Shown here in pieces: positions 10,132 through 20,690 of a DNA stretch of 64,000 nucleotides. Source of the stretch: Caldisericia bacterium (GTDB lineage: Bacteria; Caldisericota; Caldisericia; UBA6126); NCBI GenBank assembly GCA_040767255.1, contig JAXGOZ010000010.1, positions 155 to 64,154 of the forward strand, given 5' to 3'. Each line of letters begins with the position of its first letter. Within the stretch, counting starts at the first letter, position 1. A program made the position numbers and the translations under genes. Below the pieces are notes generated by a model that was not told where the DNA came from, searched no databases, and saw nothing but the letters and a program-made list of their open reading frames with translations.

Positions 10132-10592
10132 CAAGTATTGAATACAGCGTTGATGACGCTGTACCGGACTTGCCTATAACATGGATTAAAACGACAGTCG
10201 GTATACTCATCACGCATCCAATTTTTCAATCATTTCCGGATCATTCGACTATTAGCGTGGCTTTCGTACACAAGCCCTTGATGCAGGAGCTTAACCATAC
10301 GTATCGAGGTAAGAATCAACCTACAGATATTTTGTCATTTGTTTACAATGAGCAAATTCAGGATCAAATGTTGCTAGGAGAAATCATTGTTTGTACAGAG
10401 CAAGCAAAAGAAGACTCTGAGGAACTTTCTATTTCCCTTGAACAAGAATATCTTTGGTTGTTTTCCCATGGATTACTTCATTTGTTGGGGTATGATCATG
10501 AAACAGAACAAGAGCTGGTTACAATGAGAAACTTAGAAACTGAATGTATAGAATATGTAAAAAAGAAGCTTACTGAGAGAGGAGAATACTAG
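10128..10592 (+). CDS. ybeY: rRNA maturation endoribonuclease YbeY
   Basis: HGLLHLLGYDH zinc-binding motif; ATGA overlap with the upstream gene. Confidence 0.95.
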   Translation: MTSIEYSVDDAVPDLPITWIKTTVGILITHPIFQSFPDHSTISVAFVHKPLMQELNHTYRGKNQPTDILSFVYNEQIQDQMLLGEIIVCTEQAKEDSEELSISLEQEYLWLFSHGLLHLLGYDHETEQELVTMRNLETECIEYVKKKLTERGEY

Positions 10593-11843
10593 ATGGGATC
10601 TAGCGACTTAGTGTATATAGGTTCAATCATAGTGTTGATTTTCATTTCTGCTTTGTTTTCTGGTTCTGAAATAGCACTATTAACGGTGAACCGACTAAAA
10701 CTGAACAATCTTATTGAAGAAGGTTCTGAAAAAGCAAAGAAAATTCTTCATTTGGTGGAAAACTCCAACTGGTTGATTACCGGAATACTAATCGGCAACA
10801 ATGTAGTCAACATATTGGCTACTCGTTGGCAACAAGCTTTGCAACTAAATTACTTCCTAACAATATTGCTGTTATTGCATGGTTGTTTTAACTTTGGTTA
10901 TTGTTATTTTTGCCGAAATGTTTCCCAAGACGGTAAGCAATGCAAAATTCTCTAAAAGTCAGCTTTTGCTTGTTTATTATCCTATCATTATTTCCTTTTT
11001 TCTGTTTAATTGATCTAGTTGTTTAGTCATTTAAACACATTGCTATTGAAAATATTTTCGAGTAAAAGATTCAGAATACTATCCCCAATGAACCACCTGA
11101 GTTGAAAAACTGTCATAAATCTTTCTTCAAAAAGAAGGCTTAATTCATCAGAAAGAACAAGAATGTTGCAAGAGTGTTTTTTGAATCAGTTGATACATGT
11201 CAGTGAAATCATGGTTCCACGAGTGGATATGGTTTGTTTGGATATTGAAGATGGGATCGAAGAATTTCTACGACTTGTTCGCGAAACAGGGATTTCACGA
11301 ATTCCCGTATATGAAGAGAAACCTGACAATATTATGCTTTGTTTGTCAAAGATGTTGTTCGCTGGATTGCAAACCATAAAACTATACAAGATATCAACAT
11401 TAAAAGTATTCTCAGGCCTGTAGACTTTGAAATTGAATCCAAAATGATTGATCAATTGTTCAACGAGATGAGAGCAAAAAAATCCCATATTGTTATGTCA
11501 GGACGAGTATGGAGGCATATCAGACTCGCTACGCTTGAAGATATTCTGGAAGAAATTGCTGGAGAAATTCAAGACGAGTTTGACTCTGAAGAAGAGTTTA
11601 GTAAACAGTTAAAAGATGGCACTTGTATGAAATTTTAGGTGACTATCCAATTGATGATTTTAATGAAAATTTCCACACTACCTATTCAGAAGAAGATATC
11701 GATACCATTTCCGGCTTTATGCTATCCAAACTGGTCATATACCAGAAATTGGGGAAAAGCGGTCATTGAGGACCATTTAGAATTAGAAGTGAGATATGGA
11801 AGATCGTAGAATCACCAAAGTGAGTAAAGATAACAAATCCTGA
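10593..11843 (+). pseudogene. CNNM/CorC-type hemolysin-family protein (DUF21 + CBS pair + CorC_HlyC), multiple frame breaks
   Basis: DUF21 start in ORF 10593..10955 (GILIGNNVVNILA). FAEMFPKTV, CBS-pair pieces (ORFs 11163..11423, 11339..11638) and the CorC_HlyC end (LEDILEEIAGEIQDEFD ... DRRITKV) each sit in different frames with intervening stops. Confidence 0.75.
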
Positions 11844-11881
11844 TGCCCTTTGTGATGAAGAGAACAATGGAGATCAAAAGA

Positions 11882-12613
11882 ATGAAAATAAATACTGTAT
11901 TGGCAACTGAAGTAAAATATGAGTCCATCTGATATTGATGAAATATTGGTGATGAGATGAAACAAGTATTGCAGAAGAAATCCATTAGCGGATCTGTACA
12001 CTGCGTAATTGCTCCTTCTTATTTGTCCTTGCCTTATACAGGAGAATTGCCCTCTACTATTGAACGTGCAGCACAAAATTGTTCTCCTTTCCCTAGTGGA
12101 TCGTACACAGGTGAGATCAGCGCTTCATGGCTTTTAGAAGTTGGTTGCAAATACTGCATTGTAGGACATTCAGAACGAAGAAAGCATATGCATGAATCTG
12201 ATCAGGATGTGATGCAGAAATTTCTTCAATTAACAGAAAATACTATCACTCCTATCGTTTGTGTCGGTGAAACTGATCCATCTCAAAATGAAGAGGATCG
12301 TTTGTCGCACATTCTCTCCCAGCTTTCTCTTCTCCCAAAAGATCAAACATTTCTTATTGCATATGAGCCTGTTTGGGCCATTGGTACAGGAGTTATACCG
12401 TCTACTAGTTGGATATCAACGGTATCCAAAGAAATTTCGAATCAGTTTCCCCTATGCGAAGTTCTCTACGGTGGAAGCGTAAATGAATCCAATATGAAAG
12501 ACATTAATTCCATTCTTTCCATTCAAGGATTTCTGATTGGCGGTGCTTCGCTGAAAGTAGATGTGTTCTGTACAATCCTGAAAGAAATGGAAGCAGCCAT
12601 GAATGAGAAATAA
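11882..12613 (+). pseudogene. tpiA: triosephosphate isomerase with disrupted 5' end
   Basis: ORF 11957..12613 has GHSERR and YEPVWAIGTG. The N-terminal Asn-Trp-Lys region is missing from this frame. Upstream frames read MKINTVLA, GN-stop and MSPSDIDEIL in pieces. Confidence 0.7.
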
Positions 12614-13289
12614 CCAAACACCCGCTGGTGTTTTGTACATTGTTCCTACCCCTATTGGAAATCTCAAAGACATCACCCTCCGTAGTTTAGAAATACTCCA
12701 AACGGTTCAGTGGATTGCTTGCGAAGATACACGGAGAACCATCAAACTTTTGCATGCTTTTCAAATTCAAGCTCATTTTATTTCTTACCATGAACATACG
12801 ATCTATAAAAATAAAGAATTGGTTGAAAAGCTTCTTCAAGGTGATTCAATTGCTTTAGTTTCCGATGCGGGGATGCCTTTGATAGCAGATTCTGGACTAG
12901 AACTTATTGGTGATTGCAGGAAAGAAAACATTGAAGTTATAGTTTTACCTGGACCGAGTGCTGTGATTACTTCGCTAGTGTATTCCGGATTTCCAATCCA
13001 GAATTTTGTATACGTAAATTTCCTCCCACGCAAGAAATCAAGATGTTTTGAATTGCTTCAGAAATGCAAAGATATCGGATATACAGCATGTGCATTTGAA
13101 TCTCCACATAGATTGGTAAAATCTTTAACATGGATGGATGAGTTTGATCCTGTTATGCAAGTTTGTATTTGCAGAGAAATGACAAAGAAAAATGAAGAAA
13201 TTGTGACCGGAACTCCCTCTTATCTGGCAAGTCTATGGAAAGAACGGGATGTTCTTGGCGAGATTTCTATTGTATTTCACTTTCACTAG
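12603..13289 (+). CDS. rsmI: 16S rRNA (cytidine1402-2'-O)-methyltransferase
   Basis: GVLYIVPTPIGNLKDITLRSLEIL...IACEDTRRT tetrapyrrole-methylase-fold signature. Confidence 0.9.
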   Translation: MRNNQTPAGVLYIVPTPIGNLKDITLRSLEILQTVQWIACEDTRRTIKLLHAFQIQAHFISYHEHTIYKNKELVEKLLQGDSIALVSDAGMPLIADSGLELIGDCRKENIEVIVLPGPSAVITSLVYSGFPIQNFVYVNFLPRKKSRCFELLQKCKDIGYTACAFESPHRLVKSLTWMDEFDPVMQVCICREMTKKNEEIVTGTPSYLASLWKERDVLGEISIVFHFH

Positions 13290-13298
13290 GAGAAGTAT

Positions 13299-15209
13299 AT
13301 GGCAGATAAGAAATTTTTTGTAACTACACCGATTTATTATATTAGTGGGAATCCCCACATTGGTCACTTATATACCACTACTGCTGCTGATATAATGGCA
13401 CGATATCATTCTCTACAAGGAAATAAAGTCCTTTTTACAACTGGTAGTGATGAAAATTCACAAAAAGTTGTGCAAGCTGCTGAAAAGCAAGGAATTTCAG
13501 TTACCGACTATGTAAACAAAGAAGCTGAGAAATGGAAACAGTATTTTGCCCAGTTTCATATTCAGTATACTAGATTTATACGAACAACGGACCAAGATCA
13601 TCTTGATGTTGTGCAATCCTTTTTAATGCAGCTCAAAGAAAAAGGATTCATTTACAAAGGCAATTACGAAGGTTGGTATTGTGTAGACTGCGAATCGTTT
13701 TGGACGGATAAGGAAGTAGAAGATGGGATTTGTCCAGATTGTCACCGCAGTATTCGACGAGTTTCAGAAGAGAACTATTTCTTTCGTTTAAGTGCATTTC
13801 AGGACCAATTGATCCAATTTTATCACGATAATCCTACCGCAATTGAGCCACTTTCTCGGTATAACGAGGTAGTAAGCATGATTTCAGGAGGGTTACGAGA
13901 TATTTCTATTTCAAGACATTCACAAGAATGGGGAATTCGTTTTCCATTTGACCCAGAACATGTCTTGTGGGTTTGGTTTGATGCTTTGTTAAACTATATT
14001 ACCGTTTGTGGATATCAAGAAGATCCAAACTCTTTTTCTTATTGGTGGCCAGCAGATTGTCATTTAATGAGCAAAGATATCATTCGATTTCATTGCGTTA
14101 TTTGGCCAGCAATGCTAATGGCAATGGGTATTCAACCTGCAAAGAAAGTATATGTCCATGGCTGGTGGCTCACAGATGGTGAAAAAATGTCCAAGTCGAA
14201 AGGGAACATTGTAGATCCGACTGAAGTGATTGAAGAATTGTCCAATGTGGCAGGAATATCCAAATCTCTATCAGCAGATGTTCTACGCTGGTTTATGTTT
14301 CGAGAAACCACATTTGGAGAAGATGCTGTGTTTTCTATGCAGCGGCTGTTAGACCGATATAACTATGATTTAGCCAACGATTTAGGAAATCTAATTCACC
14401 GTGTAAGTTCCATGGCAAAACAATATACCCAAGGAAACGTTCCAGAGGGAATACTGATCGATAGCGAAAAAGAACAATTTCAAAGTTTTATTCTGCAATA
14501 CACTGTTTGCATGACAGAGAATCGATTTAAAGATGCAATTGAAACAACCTGGACTCTACTTCGAAAATGTAACAAAATGATCGAAGAGTATAAACCATGG
14601 GAGTTGGCCAAAAAAGAAGACATTCAACCCTTGTTTGATCTACTATATACGCTATTAGAAGGGATACGCTGCGCAGGCATTATGCTGATACCGTTTATGC
14701 CTGTTTTCTCTCAGCTTGTGCTGGATAGTTTTGTGGAGCAAAAGGAAATGCAATTGAATTTGGGTACATTGCAACCTCATCAAACCTTATCTTTTCCCCA
14801 CGTGTTTTTCCCTCGAGTAAAAAAAGCCACTAAATCGGAAAAGAATGAAGAAAAAACGTCAAAAGAATCTCCAAAAGAGGAAGTGTATTGTACCATTGAT
14901 GAGTTTAGCAAGTTTGACTTTCGTGTAGCTCAGATCATTGATGCACAGAAACATCCAAATGCAGATAAGTTACTTGTTTTAAAAGTACAAGTTGGCGAAC
15001 ACCAAAAACAAATTGTAGCAGGGATTGCAAAATACTACGAACCACAAGATCTCATTGGGAAAAAAGTGGTGATTGTTAACAATCTCCAACCCGTGACATT
15101 GCGTGGAGAAAAGTCTGAAGGAATGGTCCTGTGCGCCTCACACAAGGACCATCTTTCTATAGTTTCTCCGGAAAATGTTGATATGGTTTGTGGAGCTAAA
15201 GTGAAGTGA
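13299..15209 (+). CDS. metG: methionine--tRNA ligase with C-terminal tRNA-binding domain
   Basis: HIGH-type motif (GNPHIGH), KMSKS, zinc knuckles CVDC/CPDC, C-terminal Trbp111/EMAP-like domain (FDFRVAQIIDAQKHPNADKLLVLKV). Confidence 0.95.
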   Translation: MADKKFFVTTPIYYISGNPHIGHLYTTTAADIMARYHSLQGNKVLFTTGSDENSQKVVQAAEKQGISVTDYVNKEAEKWKQYFAQFHIQYTRFIRTTDQDHLDVVQSFLMQLKEKGFIYKGNYEGWYCVDCESFWTDKEVEDGICPDCHRSIRRVSEENYFFRLSAFQDQLIQFYHDNPTAIEPLSRYNEVVSMISGGLRDISISRHSQEWGIRFPFDPEHVLWVWFDALLNYITVCGYQEDPNSFSYWWPADCHLMSKDIIRFHCVIWPAMLMAMGIQPAKKVYVHGWWLTDGEKMSKSKGNIVDPTEVIEELSNVAGISKSLSADVLRWFMFRETTFGEDAVFSMQRLLDRYNYDLANDLGNLIHRVSSMAKQYTQGNVPEGILIDSEKEQFQSFILQYTVCMTENRFKDAIETTWTLLRKCNKMIEEYKPWELAKKEDIQPLFDLLYTLLEGIRCAGIMLIPFMPVFSQLVLDSFVEQKEMQLNLGTLQPHQTLSFPHVFFPRVKKATKSEKNEEKTSKESPKEEVYCTIDEFSKFDFRVAQIIDAQKHPNADKLLVLKVQVGEHQKQIVAGIAKYYEPQDLIGKKVVIVNNLQPVTLRGEKSEGMVLCASHKDHLSIVSPENVDMVCGAKVK

Positions 15210-15982
15210 TTGGATATATAGATTCACATGCTCATATACCAATATGTAAGGAATCCGAAGATCAGATTGTTCAAGAAGCAATTGAAAATCATTTTCTTCA
15301 TATCATGAATGTAGGGTATGACCCTGCGTCTTCTGCAGATTCATTAAAGCTGGCAAAAAAATATTCTTGGATTGACGCTGCATTTGGCATTCACCCCCAT
15401 TATATTGGGTTGCATGAAGGTACGTTGTCGGTGTTTTTACAGAATCAGTTGCAGAATTCGGAATTTAAAGCCGTTGGCGAAATTGGCATGGATACCGTGA
15501 AGAGTAAGACCGATTTGTCTTTGCAAAGAAAATGTTTCTCTGAGCAAATTGCTTTCGCCCTGGAGCATCACTATCCTATCATTGTTCATAACCGGGATGC
15601 CGACCAAGAGGTTTACGATGTTATCAAGCAATTCTCAGGTATTCAAGGAGTTATGCATTGCTATTCGTCTGATCGAAAAATGGCAGAAAAGTTTCTAAAA
15701 CTTGGGTTTTATCTTTCTTTTTCTGGCAATATTACGTATAAAAGAAGTATAGAATTACGAGAAGTAGTAAAAATGGTACCAAAAAACAAGCTTCTTTTAG
15801 AGACAGACTGCCCATATTTGACACCTATCCCCTATAGGGGGAAGGTATTAAACAAACCGTTTTTTGTGATGGAAGTCTACAAAGAAGCTGCTTTTTTGCG
15901 AGATGTCCAAATAGAAGAACTTAGTAAACAAATCATATGTAATTATCGAACACTTTTTCATGGAGGGATGTATGAGTGCTAA
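15206..15982 (+). CDS. TatD-family metal-dependent hydrolase
   Basis: IDSHAH start motif, GEIGMD, VMHCYS, LLETDCPYL. GTGA overlap with metG. Confidence 0.9.
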   Translation: MIGYIDSHAHIPICKESEDQIVQEAIENHFLHIMNVGYDPASSADSLKLAKKYSWIDAAFGIHPHYIGLHEGTLSVFLQNQLQNSEFKAVGEIGMDTVKSKTDLSLQRKCFSEQIAFALEHHYPIIVHNRDADQEVYDVIKQFSGIQGVMHCYSSDRKMAEKFLKLGFYLSFSGNITYKRSIELREVVKMVPKNKLLLETDCPYLTPIPYRGKVLNKPFFVMEVYKEAAFLRDVQIEELSKQIICNYRTLFHGGMYEC

Positions 15983-16739
15983 AATTGAGGATATTCTTTC
16001 TCATTTATCCTCAACATTAGAAGATTGTCCAGAAGATTCATCATGGAATGGCTTGCAAGTTGCAAATCAAGGGTTCATTCACCAGATTATTGGCGCTGTT
16101 GATGCTAGTGAACATTTATTTTATGCCACAAAACCTTCCGCTCCATCTTTGTATATTGTTCACCATGGAATGTTTTGGAAAGGTATCAATCCATCTCTCC
16201 ATCAAAGTCATTATCGGAAGATTCAATTCCTTTTCGAGAACGACTGCGCTCTATATGCATCGCACTTACCATTGGATATTCATCCCCAACTTGGTAACAA
16301 TCGTTATCTTTTGCAGAATCTAACCATACAGGAAAATTCGGTTGCACCGCTTAGTCATTATAAAGGATATCCCATTGGATATCGTGCAGCATTACAAGAA
16401 CAAGAAACTCCAAAAAACATCCAGCACATGTATGAACATTTATGTAATGAACCATCCATGCTTTTTCCTTTTGGAAAAACAATGGTAAAAAGTGTTGCTG
16501 TATGTTCCGGAGATGGAACGAGTTTTATTGCAGATGCTTATCATAGTGGGGTGGATTTGTTCATTACGGGTGAGTTTTCACATACCATGTATATATATGC
16601 ACAGGATCATCATATGAACGTTCTTTGTCTTACTCATTATGCTTCTGAAAAAGGAGGCGTACAAAATATATGTCAAAAACTATACGAGAAATTTGATGTG
16701 CCTTTCACAATAATTGACTTTTCACCTGTTTTTTCATGA
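15972..16739 (+). CDS. NIF3-family dinuclear metal centre protein (YbgI/YqfO-like)
   Basis: NGLQV, HHGMFW and TGEFSH/THYASE blocks. The ATG at 15972 follows a GGAGGG RBS. The ORF-track start at 15960 is less likely. Confidence 0.8.
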   Translation: MSAKIEDILSHLSSTLEDCPEDSSWNGLQVANQGFIHQIIGAVDASEHLFYATKPSAPSLYIVHHGMFWKGINPSLHQSHYRKIQFLFENDCALYASHLPLDIHPQLGNNRYLLQNLTIQENSVAPLSHYKGYPIGYRAALQEQETPKNIQHMYEHLCNEPSMLFPFGKTMVKSVAVCSGDGTSFIADAYHSGVDLFITGEFSHTMYIYAQDHHMNVLCLTHYASEKGGVQNICQKLYEKFDVPFTIIDFSPVFS

Positions 16740-16760
16740 TCATTTCAAGGGAGGACTGTT

Positions 16761-18242
16761 ATGCTACGTAAATTTTATGTCGGTATTCTAGCAATCTTTC
16801 TCATCGTAGCTTTTGGAGTATCTTTTCATTCTTATTGTTTCGCAGACGTTCCCAGATATAGATCAGATTCAACTTTTTCTGGACAATCACCAGAAACTTT
16901 AAAACCACCCCTGCGAACAGAATGGGTTGAATTGATTGGTGCTACAAATTCCTGTCCAATCATCATGGGAGACAAGTTGTTTATTGCTACTACATGGGGA
17001 TTAGTATGCTATAACGCCAAATGGGGTACGATTATTTGGCAGTATTGCACAAAGGATTTTCACAATTCAAGTCCATTTTATCACAATGAAACTATTTATG
17101 CTGGACATACTAACGCATTGTATGCAGTGGAGGCACAAACAGGGTATCAAAAATGGAAATTTGAAACAGAAGAAGGACAGATTAACTCCTCGCCAATAGT
17201 ACACCAAAACCATGTATATTTTGCCAGTGGAAAAAAACTGTTTTGTCTGAAAGCAGAAACTGGAGAAAAGGTATGGGATATTCTATTTGGACAACAAATC
17301 CGACTTCCCGTTGCTTTTGATGCAGAAAGATTCTATGTTGCAGCAGAAGACCGCATTTACGCATTCGCCATTCAAAATCACCGAAAGCTTTGGGAGTATG
17401 AACTTATTAATGATATTCTTTATGGGTTCTGTATCAATGGAGAACGATTGATATGTCCTGTAGATGATACGTTATTCTGTTTGGATACGAAAACAGGTAA
17501 GCAAATATGGAAAACTTTTTACCCAAACTACAATGCAATGAATCCACCGTCCTACTATGAAGACAACATTTATGTTGCATTTGATCAGTTTTTGTTCTCC
17601 GTCGACGTCAAAACAGGGAATCTAAACTGGCAGTTTGAAGCAGGATTCTTCATTGAATCTGCACCCATCATATCAAAGGATTATATATGGATTGGAGCAG
17701 ACGATTTTATCATATATTGTCTTGATCGAAAAACAGGGCATCGACTGTATTTTACCTCAGCAGGAACTACTTCCAAGTACCTGGTATTGTCTGACAATCG
17801 CATTTTTTCTGTCTCTTCATATGGAGAGCTGTTTTCTTTTGTACGCGACACGACAGAACGAAGGGGATTTGTGGTTTTTGAAATGTGGATTGGTAAAAAG
17901 TATGTTCGTGATAACGATCAGACTTATTCTATCGATGCACCTCCCTTTGTTGAAGAAGGGCGTACAATGGTGCCAATCCGCCCTATTGGAGATGCTCTTG
18001 GAGCTGAAATTACCTGGTATCCTGATGATAAAAGAATATCATACAGCTTAAAAACACAGTACATTCAAATGAAGGTGGGAGAAATAAGGGCATACATTAA
18101 TGGCAAGGTCACAACAATGGATGTCCCACCGATCATTCGAGACAGCAGAGCGTATGTCCCCCTTCGATTTGTCGGAGAAAAGCTAGGTGCAAAAGTAGAA
18201 TGGGAGCCTAAAGAAAAGAAAATAACTCTTCGGTATCCTTAA
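16761..18242 (+). CDS. secreted PQQ-like beta-propeller protein with C-terminal copper-amine-oxidase-N-like (stalk) domain
   Basis: Signal peptide, repeated G..W.F / G..IW propeller blades, C-terminal VPLRFVGEKLGAKVEWEPKEKKITL repeat. Confidence 0.7.
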   Translation: MLRKFYVGILAIFLIVAFGVSFHSYCFADVPRYRSDSTFSGQSPETLKPPLRTEWVELIGATNSCPIIMGDKLFIATTWGLVCYNAKWGTIIWQYCTKDFHNSSPFYHNETIYAGHTNALYAVEAQTGYQKWKFETEEGQINSSPIVHQNHVYFASGKKLFCLKAETGEKVWDILFGQQIRLPVAFDAERFYVAAEDRIYAFAIQNHRKLWEYELINDILYGFCINGERLICPVDDTLFCLDTKTGKQIWKTFYPNYNAMNPPSYYEDNIYVAFDQFLFSVDVKTGNLNWQFEAGFFIESAPIISKDYIWIGADDFIIYCLDRKTGHRLYFTSAGTTSKYLVLSDNRIFSVSSYGELFSFVRDTTERRGFVVFEMWIGKKYVRDNDQTYSIDAPPFVEEGRTMVPIRPIGDALGAEITWYPDDKRISYSLKTQYIQMKVGEIRAYINGKVTTMDVPPIIRDSRAYVPLRFVGEKLGAKVEWEPKEKKITLRYP

Positions 18243-18258
18243 AAAGAGTACCGAGTTA

Positions 18259-18978
18259 TTATTTTTCGAAGCCTGCTTCAAAGACACCGATTTCATCTTG
18301 TACATGGAGTCTTCGAATAATATCACTCATTTTTCCAGAAGAGTTCTTGAGACCACCTAAAATTTCGATTGGCGTTTGAATAACTTTTTGAGCGATTTTT
18401 AGAACTTCTTCGTGAAGAGATTCTGGTGCAAATATATCGTTTACAAAACCAATTTTCTTGCCTTCTTCGGCTGTAACAATACGGCCGGTATAAAGAAGAT
18501 CTCGGGTGTACCGAATGCCGGTCATATGAAGAAGCTGTGTTACGCCACCAAAAGCTGGTACAATAGAATTTTGGATACCTGGAAACCCAAAGCGAGCATT
18601 AGAGGATGCATATAGTAAATCTGCCATTAGTGAAAGCTCAAAACCAGCATCAAAAGCGTTTCCTTGAACTTCTGCAATTACGGGTTTTCGAATCTCTGAA
18701 AATTTGTTAAAAACTTTCCATCCAAATTCACAAAAATCGGTTACAGTTTCATTGTTTGAAGAAAACTCATCTTTTTGGATACCCGTTGAAAAGGTTTCAC
18801 TTTCACCTTTAACAACGATTACTTTGACGTCTTTACTATGATGAAAAACTTTGAGTCCATTTTTCAGTTCTCGTAAAAACTTTGTTGATATAGCATTGCT
18901 TTCGGATTTGTTGTTTAAATTGATAATACCAACATTGTTTTCGATCGAGAACGATAGATTGTACCATTCTTCTCTCAC
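18259..18978 (-). CDS. enoyl-CoA hydratase/isomerase (crotonase) family protein
   Basis: 239 aa; crotonase-fold blocks VIAEVQGNAFDAGFELSLMADL and FGFPGIQNSIVPAFGG. Confidence 0.8.
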   Translation of the reverse strand: MREEWYNLSFSIENNVGIINLNNKSESNAISTKFLRELKNGLKVFHHSKDVKVIVVKGESETFSTGIQKDEFSSNNETVTDFCEFGWKVFNKFSEIRKPVIAEVQGNAFDAGFELSLMADLLYASSNARFGFPGIQNSIVPAFGGVTQLLHMTGIRYTRDLLYTGRIVTAEEGKKIGFVNDIFAPESLHEEVLKIAQKVIQTPIEILGGLKNSSGKMSDIIRRLHVQDEIGVFEAGFEK

Positions 18979-19130
18979 ATTGTCCCCCTTGAAAATGCTT
19001 TAAGCAGGCTTGTAATTGTTAAGTAATATGATAACATTTTTTTTTAGCTTGTAATAGAATTTTATGGAAAACACAATATTTGTAAAACAAGATTTTTATC
19101 TTGGTTGATATGTCTTAGAGAGGTAGTATT

Positions 19131-19511
19131 ATGCAATTGTTGAATGATTTAACCAAAGAATATTTAAAAACTGATGTGGTTCCTTTTAACGTCGGAGATA
19201 CGGTTAAAGTTTACCAACGAATCGTTGAAGGTGCCAAAGAGCGACTTCAAGTATTCCAAGGTATTGTAATAGGAAAAAAGGGCGGTGGTATTGGCGAGAG
19301 CTTTACTGTTCGCAAAATTTCCTATGGCGAAGGTGTCGAAAAAGTATTTCCTTTTCATTCTCCCTCCATTGCAAAAGTTGAAGTTGTTACGTATGGGAAA
19401 GTGCGAAGAGCAAAACTGTACTATCTTCGTGAATCCAATAGCCGTATGAATAAAGTGAAACGTAAAAAAATGACAAAAAAGAATAAAGGTCCCATCAAAG
19501 AAGCCGTCTAA
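19131..19511 (+). CDS. rplS: 50S ribosomal protein L19
   Basis: [35 protein letters not shown]...FTVRK is the L19 signature. Confidence 0.95.
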   Translation: MQLLNDLTKEYLKTDVVPFNVGDTVKVYQRIVEGAKERLQVFQGIVIGKKGGGIGESFTVRKISYGEGVEKVFPFHSPSIAKVEVVTYGKVRRAKLYYLRESNSRMNKVKRKKMTKKNKGPIKEAV

Positions 19512-20047
19512 TGAGTCTTTCTTCAACAGCAAAAAAAGAGATTATTGAGTGGATATGGACAATCGCTCTCGCTCTCTTAATTGCTTTTCTTGTTCGTCAA
19601 TTCTTGTTTCAACCCTACCGAGTAGAAATGGGCTCCATGATTCCAACACTCCACGAAGGTGATTTGGTGATAGTAAACAAACTATACTCCAATCCGGATA
19701 AACTTCATCGGGGTGATATCATTGTTTTTCATCCCCCTAGTGACCATAAAGTATCCTACATAAAACGAGTGGTTGGACTACCAGGGGAATCGGTTGAAGT
19801 TCGAAACGGTATTGTAAAAGTGAACGGCGAAGAACTTGGCGAAGCCTATATCTCTACAGCAACACCCAGTATTTTTGGACCTACTGTTTTAAAGGAAGAT
19901 GAATTTTTCGTCATGGGTGATCATCGAAACAATAGTTTGGATAGTAGAGATTTTGGACCTATCCAAGAAAATGCAATTGAAGGAAGAGCAGTGTTGGTCT
20001 TATGGCCACCTAGGGACTTTCGAGCTCTGGCTCATGTTGAGTATTGA
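19511..20047 (+). CDS. lepB: signal peptidase I
   Basis: N-terminal TM, GSMIPTL (Ser box), YIKRVVGLPGE (Lys box), GDHRNNSLDSR. TAATG overlap with rplS. Confidence 0.9.
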   Translation: MSLSSTAKKEIIEWIWTIALALLIAFLVRQFLFQPYRVEMGSMIPTLHEGDLVIVNKLYSNPDKLHRGDIIVFHPPSDHKVSYIKRVVGLPGESVEVRNGIVKVNGEELGEAYISTATPSIFGPTVLKEDEFFVMGDHRNNSLDSRDFGPIQENAIEGRAVLVLWPPRDFRALAHVEY

Positions 20048-20690
20048 TCAATCTGATTCAGACTTGTGGCATAACGAGTATATTCTTGCACAACAATTCC
20101 CTGATTATGCTATCGTAGGAATTGACGAAGCAGGCAGGGGTTCTTTGGCCGGTCCAGTTACAGCATCTGCTGTCTGCTATTTTGGATGCTGTTCAAAACC
20201 AACAGTCAAAGATTCAAAAAAACTTACGCCAAAACAGCGTGAGTTTGCATATCATCAAATACGTTCATCGGGTGCTTTGATTGCGACTAGCTTTGTTTCA
20301 CCCCGTATGATTGATAGAATGAATATCTTAAATGCCACAAAACTGGCTATGAAAAAATGTATCGATCAATTGTTAGTTCGAGAGGAATTACGTAATCAAT
20401 CGATTTTGTTTTTAATTGATGGAAATCAACCATTAACAAATGAATACCGGGGAATTCAACAGACTTGTATCAAAGGTGATTCCGTGTATTCTTCTATTGC
20501 ATCAGCATCTATCATTGCAAAAGTTGAAAGAGACCGCTATATGGTTCTCATGGATACGGTATTTCCACGTTATGGGTTCTCTATCCACAAAGGGTATGGA
20601 ACGAAGAATCATTATCAGGCTTTGCAAATACAAGGATGTTCAACATTTCACCGGAAAACTTTTTTAAAGGGTAAAAATGAAGGTAATTGA
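20034..20690 (+). CDS. rnhB: ribonuclease HII
   Basis: GIDEAGRGSLAGPV active-site block and DSKKLTPKQRE. I chose the ATG at 20034 because the ORF-track start (19899) lies inside lepB. Confidence 0.9.
   Translation: MLSIDQSDSDLWHNEYILAQQFPDYAIVGIDEAGRGSLAGPVTASAVCYFGCCSKPTVKDSKKLTPKQREFAYHQIRSSGALIATSFVSPRMIDRMNILNATKLAMKKCIDQLLVREELRNQSILFLIDGNQPLTNEYRGIQQTCIKGDSVYSSIASASIIAKVERDRYMVLMDTVFPRYGFSIHKGYGTKNHYQALQIQGCSTFHRKTFLKGKNEGN

Noticed and set aside
18979-19130. Possible ribosomal-protein L19 leader RNA in the 152-nt region upstream of rplS.
   Set aside because: I saw only short weak hairpins (e.g. AAGAT-TTTT-ATCTT), and I cannot reproduce the covariance model by eye. This needs an Rfam/Infernal scan before being called.
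19899-20033. Upstream extension of the rnhB ORF (start at 19899), and similar long N-terminal extensions in the ORF track (23657 ABC ATPase, 36767 ferredoxin subunit, 37550 DAO subunit, 52005 SerA-like, 57092 PPDK_N protein, 48740 secD).
   Set aside because: The extensions overlap the preceding gene. Internal ATGs with good Shine-Dalgarno sequences coincide with the conserved N-termini of the families.
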